NCBI GenBank assembly: GCA_029555085.1
Contig: JAKPTO010000026.1
Location: 63,435-127,434 of the forward strand
Source: a bacterium
GTDB taxonomy: Bacteria > Patescibacteriota > Patescibacteriia > UBA1558 > S5-K13
DNA length: 64,000 nt
Direction: 5' to 3'
Below, one piece after another: positions 22,397-30,575 of the stretch. The first letter of the stretch is position 1, and every line of letters starts with the position of its first letter. A program made the translations under genes and the position numbers. The notes beneath the pieces are model-generated. The model did no database searches. It saw only the letters and a program-made list of their open reading frames with translations, and was not told the origin of the DNA.

Positions 22397-23033
22397 AATG
22401 TAAACAATAATTTTTAATTTTACAAATATTACATTTTGGACCAATTGGCCTACAAATATTTTGACCAAACAATACTAATACAAAATTTATTTTTTTCCAG
22501 TACAACTTATCTAAATTTTTTCTTAAAAACATTTCGGTTTCATACGGAGTCCTTGTGTTTAAATATCCAATTCTATTTAATATTCTATGAACATGCGTAT
22601 CCACACAAATTGCTGGTTTTTTTAAAACTGTAGAAATATATAAATTTGCTGTTTTTCTCCCAATTCCTGGAAGTTTTATAAGTTCATCGATAGTTTCCGG
22701 AATTTTAGAATTGAAATCCTTATTTAAAACAAAACATAATTTTTTTAAATTTTTTGCTTTTGTTTTATAAAAACCAACTGGATAAATCAATTTTTGTATT
22801 TGTAGATTTGTTAATTTTTGCAAATCTTTACAGTTGCTTACTTTTTCAAATAATCTTAATGATGACTCAAGAGTTGTTTTGTCTTTTGTTCGTGACGATA
22901 AAATTATTGAAATTAAAATCTGAAAATTGTTAAATTTTTTAGAATACAAAAAATCAACAGCAGGAAGTTCAAATTCACTAACCTGCTGTGACAATAAATC
23001 AAGTATTTTTTCTATTTTTACTTTGATTTCCAT
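22341..23033 (-). CDS. nth: Endonuclease III
   Basis: ILSSRTKD, HhH LPGIGRKTAN, VDTHVHRI and 4Fe-4S motif CRPIGPKCNICKIKNYC. Confidence 0.95.
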   Translation of the reverse strand: MEIKVKIEKILDLLSQQVSEFELPAVDFLYSKKFNNFQILISIILSSRTKDKTTLESSLRLFEKVSNCKDLQKLTNLQIQKLIYPVGFYKTKAKNLKKLCFVLNKDFNSKIPETIDELIKLPGIGRKTANLYISTVLKKPAICVDTHVHRILNRIGYLNTRTPYETEMFLRKNLDKLYWKKINFVLVLFGQNICRPIGPKCNICKIKNYCLHYEKINKQNSRNKKIKNQK

Positions 23034-23398
23034 AATCCATGAAGATTGCAATATGCTCTAACCGTAACAATATTTGCTTTAGCGTAGAAGTCTGCTTCTG
23101 GTTTATCTCCTGGATTTAAAAATTTCTTCCCAGACTTTCCATCATCAGTATTAATTTCAATCCACTCTATAAAATGAGATTCTTCCATTGGATGTTCAGT
23201 TGATCCAACCTTAACTTTGTAACCAAATTCTGTTTTTTCTATAATTGGAACATGTTTTTCATTACCCTGATCTTGTGATTTTTCTCCTTCTAATCTCATA
23301 GCCGTCCCACAACAAACAAGTGATTCTGCTCCAATGTTTAAAACCTCAATAACATTGCCACAAATATCACATTTATAAATCTGTTTTTTCTTTGTCAT
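23018..23398 (-). CDS. dfx: Desulfoferrodoxin / superoxide reductase
   Basis: YKCDICGN, LVCCG, EKHVP, HPMEESHFIEWI and YCNLHGLW. Confidence 0.95.
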   Translation of the reverse strand: MTKKKQIYKCDICGNVIEVLNIGAESLVCCGTAMRLEGEKSQDQGNEKHVPIIEKTEFGYKVKVGSTEHPMEESHFIEWIEINTDDGKSGKKFLNPGDKPEADFYAKANIVTVRAYCNLHGLWKSK

Positions 23399-23474
23399 AA
23401 TATTTAAATTAATAATCAATTATAAAATTTTAAATACTAAGTAACCAAAATGGAAATTTGATTATTAGTTGTTG

Positions 23475-24044
23475 TTACTTGGACATTGTTTCAAAATATG
23501 CTTTTGGGTGTTTACATGCTGGACATTCTTCTGGGGCATTTTCTGATTCATGAACATAACCACAATTTCTACAAACCCAATAAACTTTTTCTGATCTTAC
23601 AAAAGTAGTATTGTTTTCTAAATGTTCTAAAAATTTCTTATACTTTTCTTCATGATGTCGTTCTGCCTCGGCAATACTCCTAAGTCTAATTGCAATATCT
23701 TTTAAACCCTCGCGTTCTGCTATATCAGCAAATTCTGGATACATTGATGTATGTTCATAATTTTCTCCAGCAATTGCTGCTTTTAAATTCGCAATTGTAT
23801 CACCTAAAACAGTAGGACATTCTGAATCAACTTTTATAGCTTCTCCACTATTTTGAGTTAATTCGTTTATAAGTTTCATTAGAACTTTTGCATGTTCTTT
23901 TTCTTGATCTGCTGTTAGTGTAAAGTTAGCTGAAATCTCTTCAAATCCCTCTTTTTTAGCAACAGAAGCATAATAAGTATATCTATTTCTAGCTTGTGAT
24001 TCACCTATAAAAGCTTTTGCTAAATTTTTAATTGTTTCTTGCAT
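23475..24044 (-). CDS. rbr: Rubrerythrin
   Basis: AFIGESQARNRY, QEKEHAK, GENYE, AERHHE and rubredoxin CRNCG...CPAC. Confidence 0.96.
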   Translation of the reverse strand: MQETIKNLAKAFIGESQARNRYTYYASVAKKEGFEEISANFTLTADQEKEHAKVLMKLINELTQNSGEAIKVDSECPTVLGDTIANLKAAIAGENYEHTSMYPEFADIAEREGLKDIAIRLRSIAEAERHHEEKYKKFLEHLENNTTFVRSEKVYWVCRNCGYVHESENAPEECPACKHPKAYFETMSK

Positions 24045-24121
24045 AATTTTTTAATTAATTATTAATATTTTAAGTATATCAAATTCAAACAGCATTATAA
24101 AGCGTTGTTAATAGCGTATAA

Positions 24122-25336
24122 TTATTGATAATATTTATTTCTATTATAGTTAAATTCAAAAGATTTATTAAAATCAGATACTAATGATGGAATATTTGAA
24201 ACCATAATTGACTCATCGTTTCTAAAAAATCCCCCAGAACTCCAATTATTTGTTCCAAAAAGAGCTATTTTATCATCAAAAATCATTAGATGATGGTGTA
24301 AAAAAGAATTTAAATTTTGTTCATTAAATATTTGTTTTAATTCTTTATTTCTATTTTCATCAGTCAAAATTTCTAAATTATCTAAATGATTTTGCTTTTT
24401 CTTTTTTATCATAAAATTAAATACGGAACCATCTACTGAAAAATTATAATCATCTGTTAAAATTTTTACACTAATCTTTTTTGATGCTAATAATAAATCT
24501 TCTGCAATATCTCTATCTGTCATAAGCCAAATCATGGATTTTATGTTGTCCTTTGAATTCTCAATCAGATTCAACATTCTATCCTTGATACCAGTATTTA
24601 TTCTTTGTGGAGTAAACCAAATTTCTAAAAATCCTTCTGGATATTTTATAAGAGCAGCGAATGGATTATATTCTTTTGATAATTTATCTCTTCCGCGTAA
24701 ACCAGAAAATATTCTATCAAATTCCTCTCCATATATTTCAATAATTTCTGGCCTGTCAGTTTCTAAAATAAAACTCGGATCATATTTATCTTGAATATAA
24801 GTAAAATTATAAGAACTAAAGAGTAATTTCTGGGTCTCCTCGCCTCTATCAATTATTATAAATTTATGATGCATGTATTCTGATTTTTGAGTATTAATGT
24901 TCCTAGACAAAATATCTTTTCTTGTAATATTATCTCGCTTTTCTGAAAACAATCTATTATTTATATCTCTATGCACATCACTAAAAACTAATTTTATATT
25001 CACTCCTCTGTCTGATGCTTTATAAATTGCATCTCTTATCCTTTCGTCGTTCATAGAATAAATAGCCACTTCAATGGTTTTTTGTGCAGAATTTATAGAA
25101 TCAATAACAATTTTTGACAAAATGTTTTGTCCAAATTCATCATTAAAATGTAAACTCCCTGAAAATGGTTCTGTGATTTCTATGATTTTCGCAGGCCTAA
25201 ATTCTACTATTCTTCTCTTCGAAAAAGATGTAAAAAATAAGTATATAAAAATTCCCATTGTAATTAATAAAAGAATTGGAATTGCCCAAAAAATAAATGT
25301 CTTATGTGATTTTTCTAATTTCATCACCCAGCTCAT
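24122..25336 (-). CDS. Membrane-anchored phospholipase D-superfamily protein (two PLD/Nuc-like domains)
   Basis: N-terminal TM helix. HKD motif 1 is MHHKFIIID...SSYNFT; motif 2 is LHHHLMIFD...GTNNWS...NDE. Confidence 0.88.
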   Translation of the reverse strand: MSWVMKLEKSHKTFIFWAIPILLLITMGIFIYLFFTSFSKRRIVEFRPAKIIEITEPFSGSLHFNDEFGQNILSKIVIDSINSAQKTIEVAIYSMNDERIRDAIYKASDRGVNIKLVFSDVHRDINNRLFSEKRDNITRKDILSRNINTQKSEYMHHKFIIIDRGEETQKLLFSSYNFTYIQDKYDPSFILETDRPEIIEIYGEEFDRIFSGLRGRDKLSKEYNPFAALIKYPEGFLEIWFTPQRINTGIKDRMLNLIENSKDNIKSMIWLMTDRDIAEDLLLASKKISVKILTDDYNFSVDGSVFNFMIKKKKQNHLDNLEILTDENRNKELKQIFNEQNLNSFLHHHLMIFDDKIALFGTNNWSSGGFFRNDESIMVSNIPSLVSDFNKSFEFNYNRNKYYQ

Positions 25337-27017
25337 ATTTTTGCTGATAAGTTAAATAATTATTATTTTCTTTTGAAAATACTATAATAATAGAATCTTC
25401 AAGTTTTTCACTTAATATTTCTATTATTTTTATAATATCATTATAATTCAAATCAATCCAAATATTGTCAATAATAATAAGTTGTTTTTTATTAACTATG
25501 CAATGGAGCGCTTGAAGAGCAAAGCATGAAACATTATTATTAAAAGCCAACACACAAGAAGAATTAACATTATTTATAGAAGATATTTTTGATGCAATAA
25601 ATTGATTTTCAGATATTACCTTGATCACATTTTCAATTTCAGAAGAATTAATTTGTTCTTTATCTTTCCCTAAAATAAACTCCATCAAACTTTTTTCTGA
25701 AAATATTTTAGGATCGAAAAAATATGCGCCACAGAATAATTTTTGCCATATTGGATAATCATATCTTTTATTGTCTATTTTCACCTTCATTGCCTTGGGA
25801 TTATAAATACGCATTCCTGCAAAAATTTTAGCCAAACTTGTTTTTCCTGAAAAATTCTCTCCAAAAAATAAAATTCTTTCTGATTTTTTAAAATGAAAAT
25901 CTAGATTTCTGAAATATTTACCATCTTTAAATAATTTTGTTTTTTTTGCGTGAAACAATATTTCATTATGAATTTTTAAAGTATTTTTTCTACGCAAAAC
26001 TGCTCCTTTTTGCAATACTGTTAAAAACAAACCCAATCTTGCTGGAAAAAAATATAAACCAACTCTTAGCGCTTGATTAAGTGTTCTTGGAAAATAGAAC
26101 ATTAAAAATAAAAATAAAAATCTATTATCTCTACCAAGTAAATTTATAAAAGAAAAAAACTCATTTGTAAAAAAATTGCTTAAAATTACAATTATCAAAA
26201 CTATCACAAATACAATTTTTGCGCTTATTCCAATCCAAAGATTTCTTCTAATGCGAAAAAAAGAATCTATATTAACAAGACGATCAAACTTTTGTAGCAC
26301 ACTATCTTCATTATTAAAATTTTTATTAAAATATTTTTCTGATAAGCTAATATCGATATGTTTTATTATTTGTGAATAAAAAGTGACTTCTTGCGAAATA
26401 TATTTTTTTGCAACATAATAAGCTATTATTCCTATAAGAATAGAAAGTGCCACGAAAAAAACGAAAACAATAAATAAATTTAATCCTATTAAATATGCAA
26501 TGAGCATTGCCACAGAAAAATATATGAACCATCTAATTATTCCAAAAAAAACAATTGATACACCCATTGAAACAAGCGATAATTGATAAGAAATTTTTGC
26601 TATTAACCTACCCTGCCTTTCGTTGTTCATTGTTTCAACGGGTCTATCAATAAATGATTTAAATATTCTGCGCCTAATATCATTTGCAAATAATACCACA
26701 ATAGTTTTTTCTTGTTTTATAGAAAAAAATGAACTTATGATAAACAACAATATAAAAATAGCAAAAAATTGCCAAAAAAATGGGTCTAAAATACTATTTA
26801 GCTGAGATAATTTATTTCTACTAAATACAATAAGAAACGCTTCTATTACACAGGAAACAAAAATTAAAAGAACAAGACGCAAAATATAAAATTTATATTT
26901 TTTAAAAAAATCTCGTAAATACCCGTAATGTAAAAACGATAATTTTATATCTTTGTATTTATTCCTTGTTTTTCTAATTTCTTTTATTAATCTAATTTGT
27001 TCTTTTATTTCTTTCAT
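25302..27017 (-). CDS. ABC exporter-like protein (TMD plus degenerate ATPase)
   Basis: About 6 TM helices with DIRRRIFKSF and GRLIAKI intracellular-loop-like segments. Walker A GENFSGKT, Walker B-like LIIIDN, no LSGGQ. Confidence 0.75.
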   Translation of the reverse strand: MKEIKEQIRLIKEIRKTRNKYKDIKLSFLHYGYLRDFFKKYKFYILRLVLLIFVSCVIEAFLIVFSRNKLSQLNSILDPFFWQFFAIFILLFIISSFFSIKQEKTIVVLFANDIRRRIFKSFIDRPVETMNNERQGRLIAKISYQLSLVSMGVSIVFFGIIRWFIYFSVAMLIAYLIGLNLFIVFVFFVALSILIGIIAYYVAKKYISQEVTFYSQIIKHIDISLSEKYFNKNFNNEDSVLQKFDRLVNIDSFFRIRRNLWIGISAKIVFVIVLIIVILSNFFTNEFFSFINLLGRDNRFLFLFLMFYFPRTLNQALRVGLYFFPARLGLFLTVLQKGAVLRRKNTLKIHNEILFHAKKTKLFKDGKYFRNLDFHFKKSERILFFGENFSGKTSLAKIFAGMRIYNPKAMKVKIDNKRYDYPIWQKLFCGAYFFDPKIFSEKSLMEFILGKDKEQINSSEIENVIKVISENQFIASKISSINNVNSSCVLAFNNNVSCFALQALHCIVNKKQLIIIDNIWIDLNYNDIIKIIEILSEKLEDSIIIVFSKENNNYLTYQQKYELGDEIRKIT

Positions 27018-28209
27018 AATGAAAGTCTAAATAAAAATTATATAATGATTTTATTTTTAAATATTCTATCTCTTTTCTTAACAACCTTCTGTTGCGTGGT
27101 GAATATTTACCAAATATAAAATCTGTTAAAATACGGAAAAAATCTTCTGATAATTTTTTTATTTGTTCTGAGTTATTGATTTGTGGTTTATCTTTTATAA
27201 TTTTTTGAAATTGGTAGTTAAAATTTTTTTCTGGATGTCCCATAATCCTTCTCAGTAAATACTTTTTTTTACTTAAATTATAATTTTTATATTTTAAAAT
27301 ACTTTTCCAACCAGCAATAATACGCTTAATATATGATTTTTCTAAACTAATAATTCCTGAATTAAAGCAGTAGCCTAAAAAAGAAAAATTTTCTTTTGCA
27401 TCACCAATAAATAATTTGCTATTATTTATTGTTAAATTTCTAATATTCAAATCTTTGATAATTTCTAATTTTAATTTATTTAGCTTGTCTATGTTATTAT
27501 CAAAAATACCTATATCATCTCCTATTCTTATATAAAATGAACATTGTTTTTGATATTTATGATCAAGGTCTGTTAAATATAAATTATTAAAAAGTGCTAT
27601 TAGTGGAACACCCTGGACAAGACCTATATCAGGTGCTTCTATCTTACCATTTTTATATATTTTATTAAAAATAAATAATTTTAATAAATCTAATATTTTT
27701 CTATCTTCAAAAATGTTTTCCAGTTGTGAGTATAAAACATTCTTATCAATCAAGTCAGAATAGTTTTCCAAATCTAACACTAATGCTTTGTCTGTAGAAA
27801 AATTTTTCCTATATCTATGGCAAAAATTTTTTGCTGCAAAATATGGTGGCTTGCCCGGCCTATATGAAAACAATCTTTTTGAAAAAACTTTTTCAAATTC
27901 TGGTAATAAAACTCTATAAATTGCCTGTGCTTTTATACGATCTTTTATATTATAAATAAAAATATCCCTGAATTTCTCGGGATTATTTTTTTTAGGAATT
28001 GAAACAATAAGTGCTGGCTCAATTTCCCTATTTTCAACTAATTCTTTTTGACAAATATCTATAAGCTCCTTTGAATTTAAATCTCTGTCTTGTATTGAAA
28101 TATTATCCAAACCGTGATATCTAAAACTTTTACTATCTATAGAAAATTTTTCCACTATATCTAAATAAGCAGATCGAATATTATCATAAGATACAATTTT
28201 ATTAAACAT
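26992..28209 (-). CDS. Divergent reverse transcriptase (group II-like core, IGDD catalytic motif)
   Basis: RT motifs in order: GLDN, IPKKN, RDIFIYNIKDRIKAQA, FSYRPGK, LDLENYSDLID, GLVQGVPL..LFNNLYL..LD, YIRIGDDI, LTINNSK and FSFLGY. Confidence 0.9.
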   Translation of the reverse strand: MFNKIVSYDNIRSAYLDIVEKFSIDSKSFRYHGLDNISIQDRDLNSKELIDICQKELVENREIEPALIVSIPKKNNPEKFRDIFIYNIKDRIKAQAIYRVLLPEFEKVFSKRLFSYRPGKPPYFAAKNFCHRYRKNFSTDKALVLDLENYSDLIDKNVLYSQLENIFEDRKILDLLKLFIFNKIYKNGKIEAPDIGLVQGVPLIALFNNLYLTDLDHKYQKQCSFYIRIGDDIGIFDNNIDKLNKLKLEIIKDLNIRNLTINNSKLFIGDAKENFSFLGYCFNSGIISLEKSYIKRIIAGWKSILKYKNYNLSKKKYLLRRIMGHPEKNFNYQFQKIIKDKPQINNSEQIKKLSEDFFRILTDFIFGKYSPRNRRLLRKEIEYLKIKSLYNFYLDFHYERNKRTN

Positions 28210-28407
28210 ATTTTTAAAAATCGTCCTCAGGATATATAATAAAAATACTATATATTAATAAATCTAATGAAGACCCCCGTCCACAAACTGGTTACAACCG
28301 TTTCCATTTTAATTAATTCGATATTAACGAATATAAAAAATTAAAACTAAAACGATTATTAATATCTCCTAAAATAGGAGTTTTGAGGATGATTTTTAAA
28401 AGTACAT
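28206..28407 (-). ncRNA. Candidate structured RT-associated ncRNA / 5' leader (retron a1/a2-like closure)
   Basis: Inverted repeat 28384-28401 vs 28212-28229 (17/18 match), nested stem 28354-28365 vs 28252-28264 and several internal hairpins. Lies between a promoter and the RT start. Confidence 0.65.
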
Positions 28408-28412
28408 AATAT

Positions 28413-28421
28413 ATTATAGCA
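28413..28421 (-). promoter_or_regulatory. Extended -10 promoter (TGCTATAAT) for the RT operon
   Basis: Perfect TGnTATAAT on the minus strand, just upstream of the 5' inverted-repeat arm. Confidence 0.65.
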
Positions 28422-28461
28422 TGTCAATAAAGCGTATGTAAAGAATAAATATATAATTTTG

Positions 28462-28470
28462 TGATATAAT
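28462..28470 (+). promoter_or_regulatory. Extended -10 promoter for a leaderless recG transcript
   Basis: TGATATAAT 6 nt before the recG ATG. Confidence 0.6.
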
Positions 28471-28476
28471 TAATCT

Positions 28477-30540
28477 ATGAATCTAGATACAACACTTGAT
28501 AAAATCTACGGAATAGGTCCAACAATCTATAAAAAATTACAAAAAATCGGATTAAATACAATATCTGATGCTATTTTTTATTATCCATTTAGATATGAAG
28601 ATTTTTCCCATTTAAAACAAATAAATGAGCTTGTAAATGAAGAATCTGCCACTATAAAAGGAAAAATCATACTTTTAAACAATAAGAGATCTCCTAGAAA
28701 AAAAATGAATATCACTGAAATGCTTTTAGGAGATGATTCCGGACAAATTCAGATAATTTGGTTTAATCAACCATATATTAAAAATATATTACAAATTGGA
28801 GATGAGATATTTGTTTCAGGTGTTGTAAAAAAATCACTTTTGGGATTATCACTTATAAATCCAAATTATGAAAAAACTAATAGAGACACATCACACACTG
28901 CAAGAATTATTCCTATATATCCATCAACAGAGCATTTATCACAGAAACAACTTAGATACATAATAAAACAATCCTTGTCTTGTATAAATGAATTACATGA
29001 AAGGTTACCAAGTCAAATTATTAAAAAAGAAAATTTAATAGAAATAAAAGAGGCAATAAAACAAATTCACTTTCCAGATAATTATAAAAAATTAGATCTT
29101 GCAAAAAAAAGATTATCATTTGATGAAATATTTTTATTATCATGTTTATCAAAATTTATTAAAAAACAAAATATTGAATTAAGCGCTCCTCAAATTAATT
29201 TCAAGGAAAAACAGATAAAAGATTTAGTAAAAAAAATTCCATTTAAATTAACAGAAGATCAAAGAAAGGCAACCTGGCAAATTCTAAAAGATATTAGCCA
29301 CAAAATTCCAATGAATAGACTTCTTGAAGGCGATGTAGGAAGTGGAAAGACAATTGTTTCTTTTATCTGCGCTTACAATGTAATCTTGAACAAATATCAA
29401 GCAATTTTAATGTCTCCTACTCAGATTTTAACAAAACAACACTTTGAAAATGCTGTAAAATTTTTCAAGGACTATGATATTAATATTTTACTTTTTACAA
29501 ACTCTGACAGATTATTATTTAATGGAAAAAAACAATTAGCACAAAAATTAACAAAAAAAGAAATTAATAAGTTTGTCAAAAAATCTGATTTTATAATAGG
29601 AACTCATTCTTTAATTCAGCAAAATGTAGAATTCAAAAATATTGGGCTCATAATAATTGACGAGCAACACAGATTCGGAGTTAAGCAGCGTCAAGAATTA
29701 ACAAAAAAATCAGATATTAGTCCACACTTTTTATCAATGACTGCAACTCCAATTCCAAGATCTCTAGCGCTTACAATTTATGGAGATTTAGATATTTCAA
29801 AAATTTTACAAAAACCAGCAAACAGAAAAAAAATTATTACAAAATTTGTATATTCTCGCAACAGAACAAAAGCTTATGAATTTATTTATAACCAGATCCA
29901 AAACGGCAGACAAGTTTTTGTTGTGTGTCCACTTATAAATGAATCGGATAAATTAGGAGTAAAATCCGTAATGAGTGAATATGAAAAATTAAGCAACGAC
30001 ATTTTTCCAAATTTAAAAATAGAATATTTACATGGAAAAATGAAAGAAACAGAAAAGCAAAAAATTCTAAAAAGTTTTTCTGACAATGAAACAAAAATTT
30101 TAGTATCAACTTCTGTTATTGAGGTTGGAATTGATTTTCCAAATGTAACAATAATGATAATTGAAGGTGCTGATAGATTTGGATTGGCATCACTCCATCA
30201 ATTTCGAGGTCGTGTTGGTCGCGGAGAACATCAATCATTTTGCTTTTTATTTTCTGAATCAAACTCAGAAAAATCCCGTAAACGTTTAGAAATATTAACA
30301 AAAACAGATAATGGATTTGAACTCGCAGAATATGATTTAAAATTTCGTGGAAGTGGAGATTTGTATGGAATAAAACAATCAGGATTTATGAATGGAGTGA
30401 AAATTGCAGATTTATCAGATTTAGAATTAATCAAAAAATGCAATATTTGGGCTCAATATATTTTTGAAAAAGGTCTTGAAAAATTCCCTCAAATAAAAAA
30501 AGAGATAGAATTACTATCTTCTGATATTCACTTGGAATAA
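28477..30540 (+). CDS. recG: ATP-dependent DNA helicase RecG
   Basis: MNRLLEGDVGSGKT, DEQHRFGV, MTATPIPRSL and LHQFRGRVGRG. Confidence 0.98.
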   Translation: MNLDTTLDKIYGIGPTIYKKLQKIGLNTISDAIFYYPFRYEDFSHLKQINELVNEESATIKGKIILLNNKRSPRKKMNITEMLLGDDSGQIQIIWFNQPYIKNILQIGDEIFVSGVVKKSLLGLSLINPNYEKTNRDTSHTARIIPIYPSTEHLSQKQLRYIIKQSLSCINELHERLPSQIIKKENLIEIKEAIKQIHFPDNYKKLDLAKKRLSFDEIFLLSCLSKFIKKQNIELSAPQINFKEKQIKDLVKKIPFKLTEDQRKATWQILKDISHKIPMNRLLEGDVGSGKTIVSFICAYNVILNKYQAILMSPTQILTKQHFENAVKFFKDYDINILLFTNSDRLLFNGKKQLAQKLTKKEINKFVKKSDFIIGTHSLIQQNVEFKNIGLIIIDEQHRFGVKQRQELTKKSDISPHFLSMTATPIPRSLALTIYGDLDISKILQKPANRKKIITKFVYSRNRTKAYEFIYNQIQNGRQVFVVCPLINESDKLGVKSVMSEYEKLSNDIFPNLKIEYLHGKMKETEKQKILKSFSDNETKILVSTSVIEVGIDFPNVTIMIIEGADRFGLASLHQFRGRVGRGEHQSFCFLFSESNSEKSRKRLEILTKTDNGFELAEYDLKFRGSGDLYGIKQSGFMNGVKIADLSDLELIKKCNIWAQYIFEKGLEKFPQIKKEIELLSSDIHLE

Positions 30541-30575
30541 ATTAAGAATATAAAATAAGCTAAACAATTCAAAAC

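Noticed and set aside
26992-28209. RT as a DGR, group II intron or CRISPR-RT
   Set aside because: No Avd-like gene, no TR/VR pair with A-specific mismatches, no room for intron RNA domains (the RT overlaps the next gene), and no cas genes or arrays.
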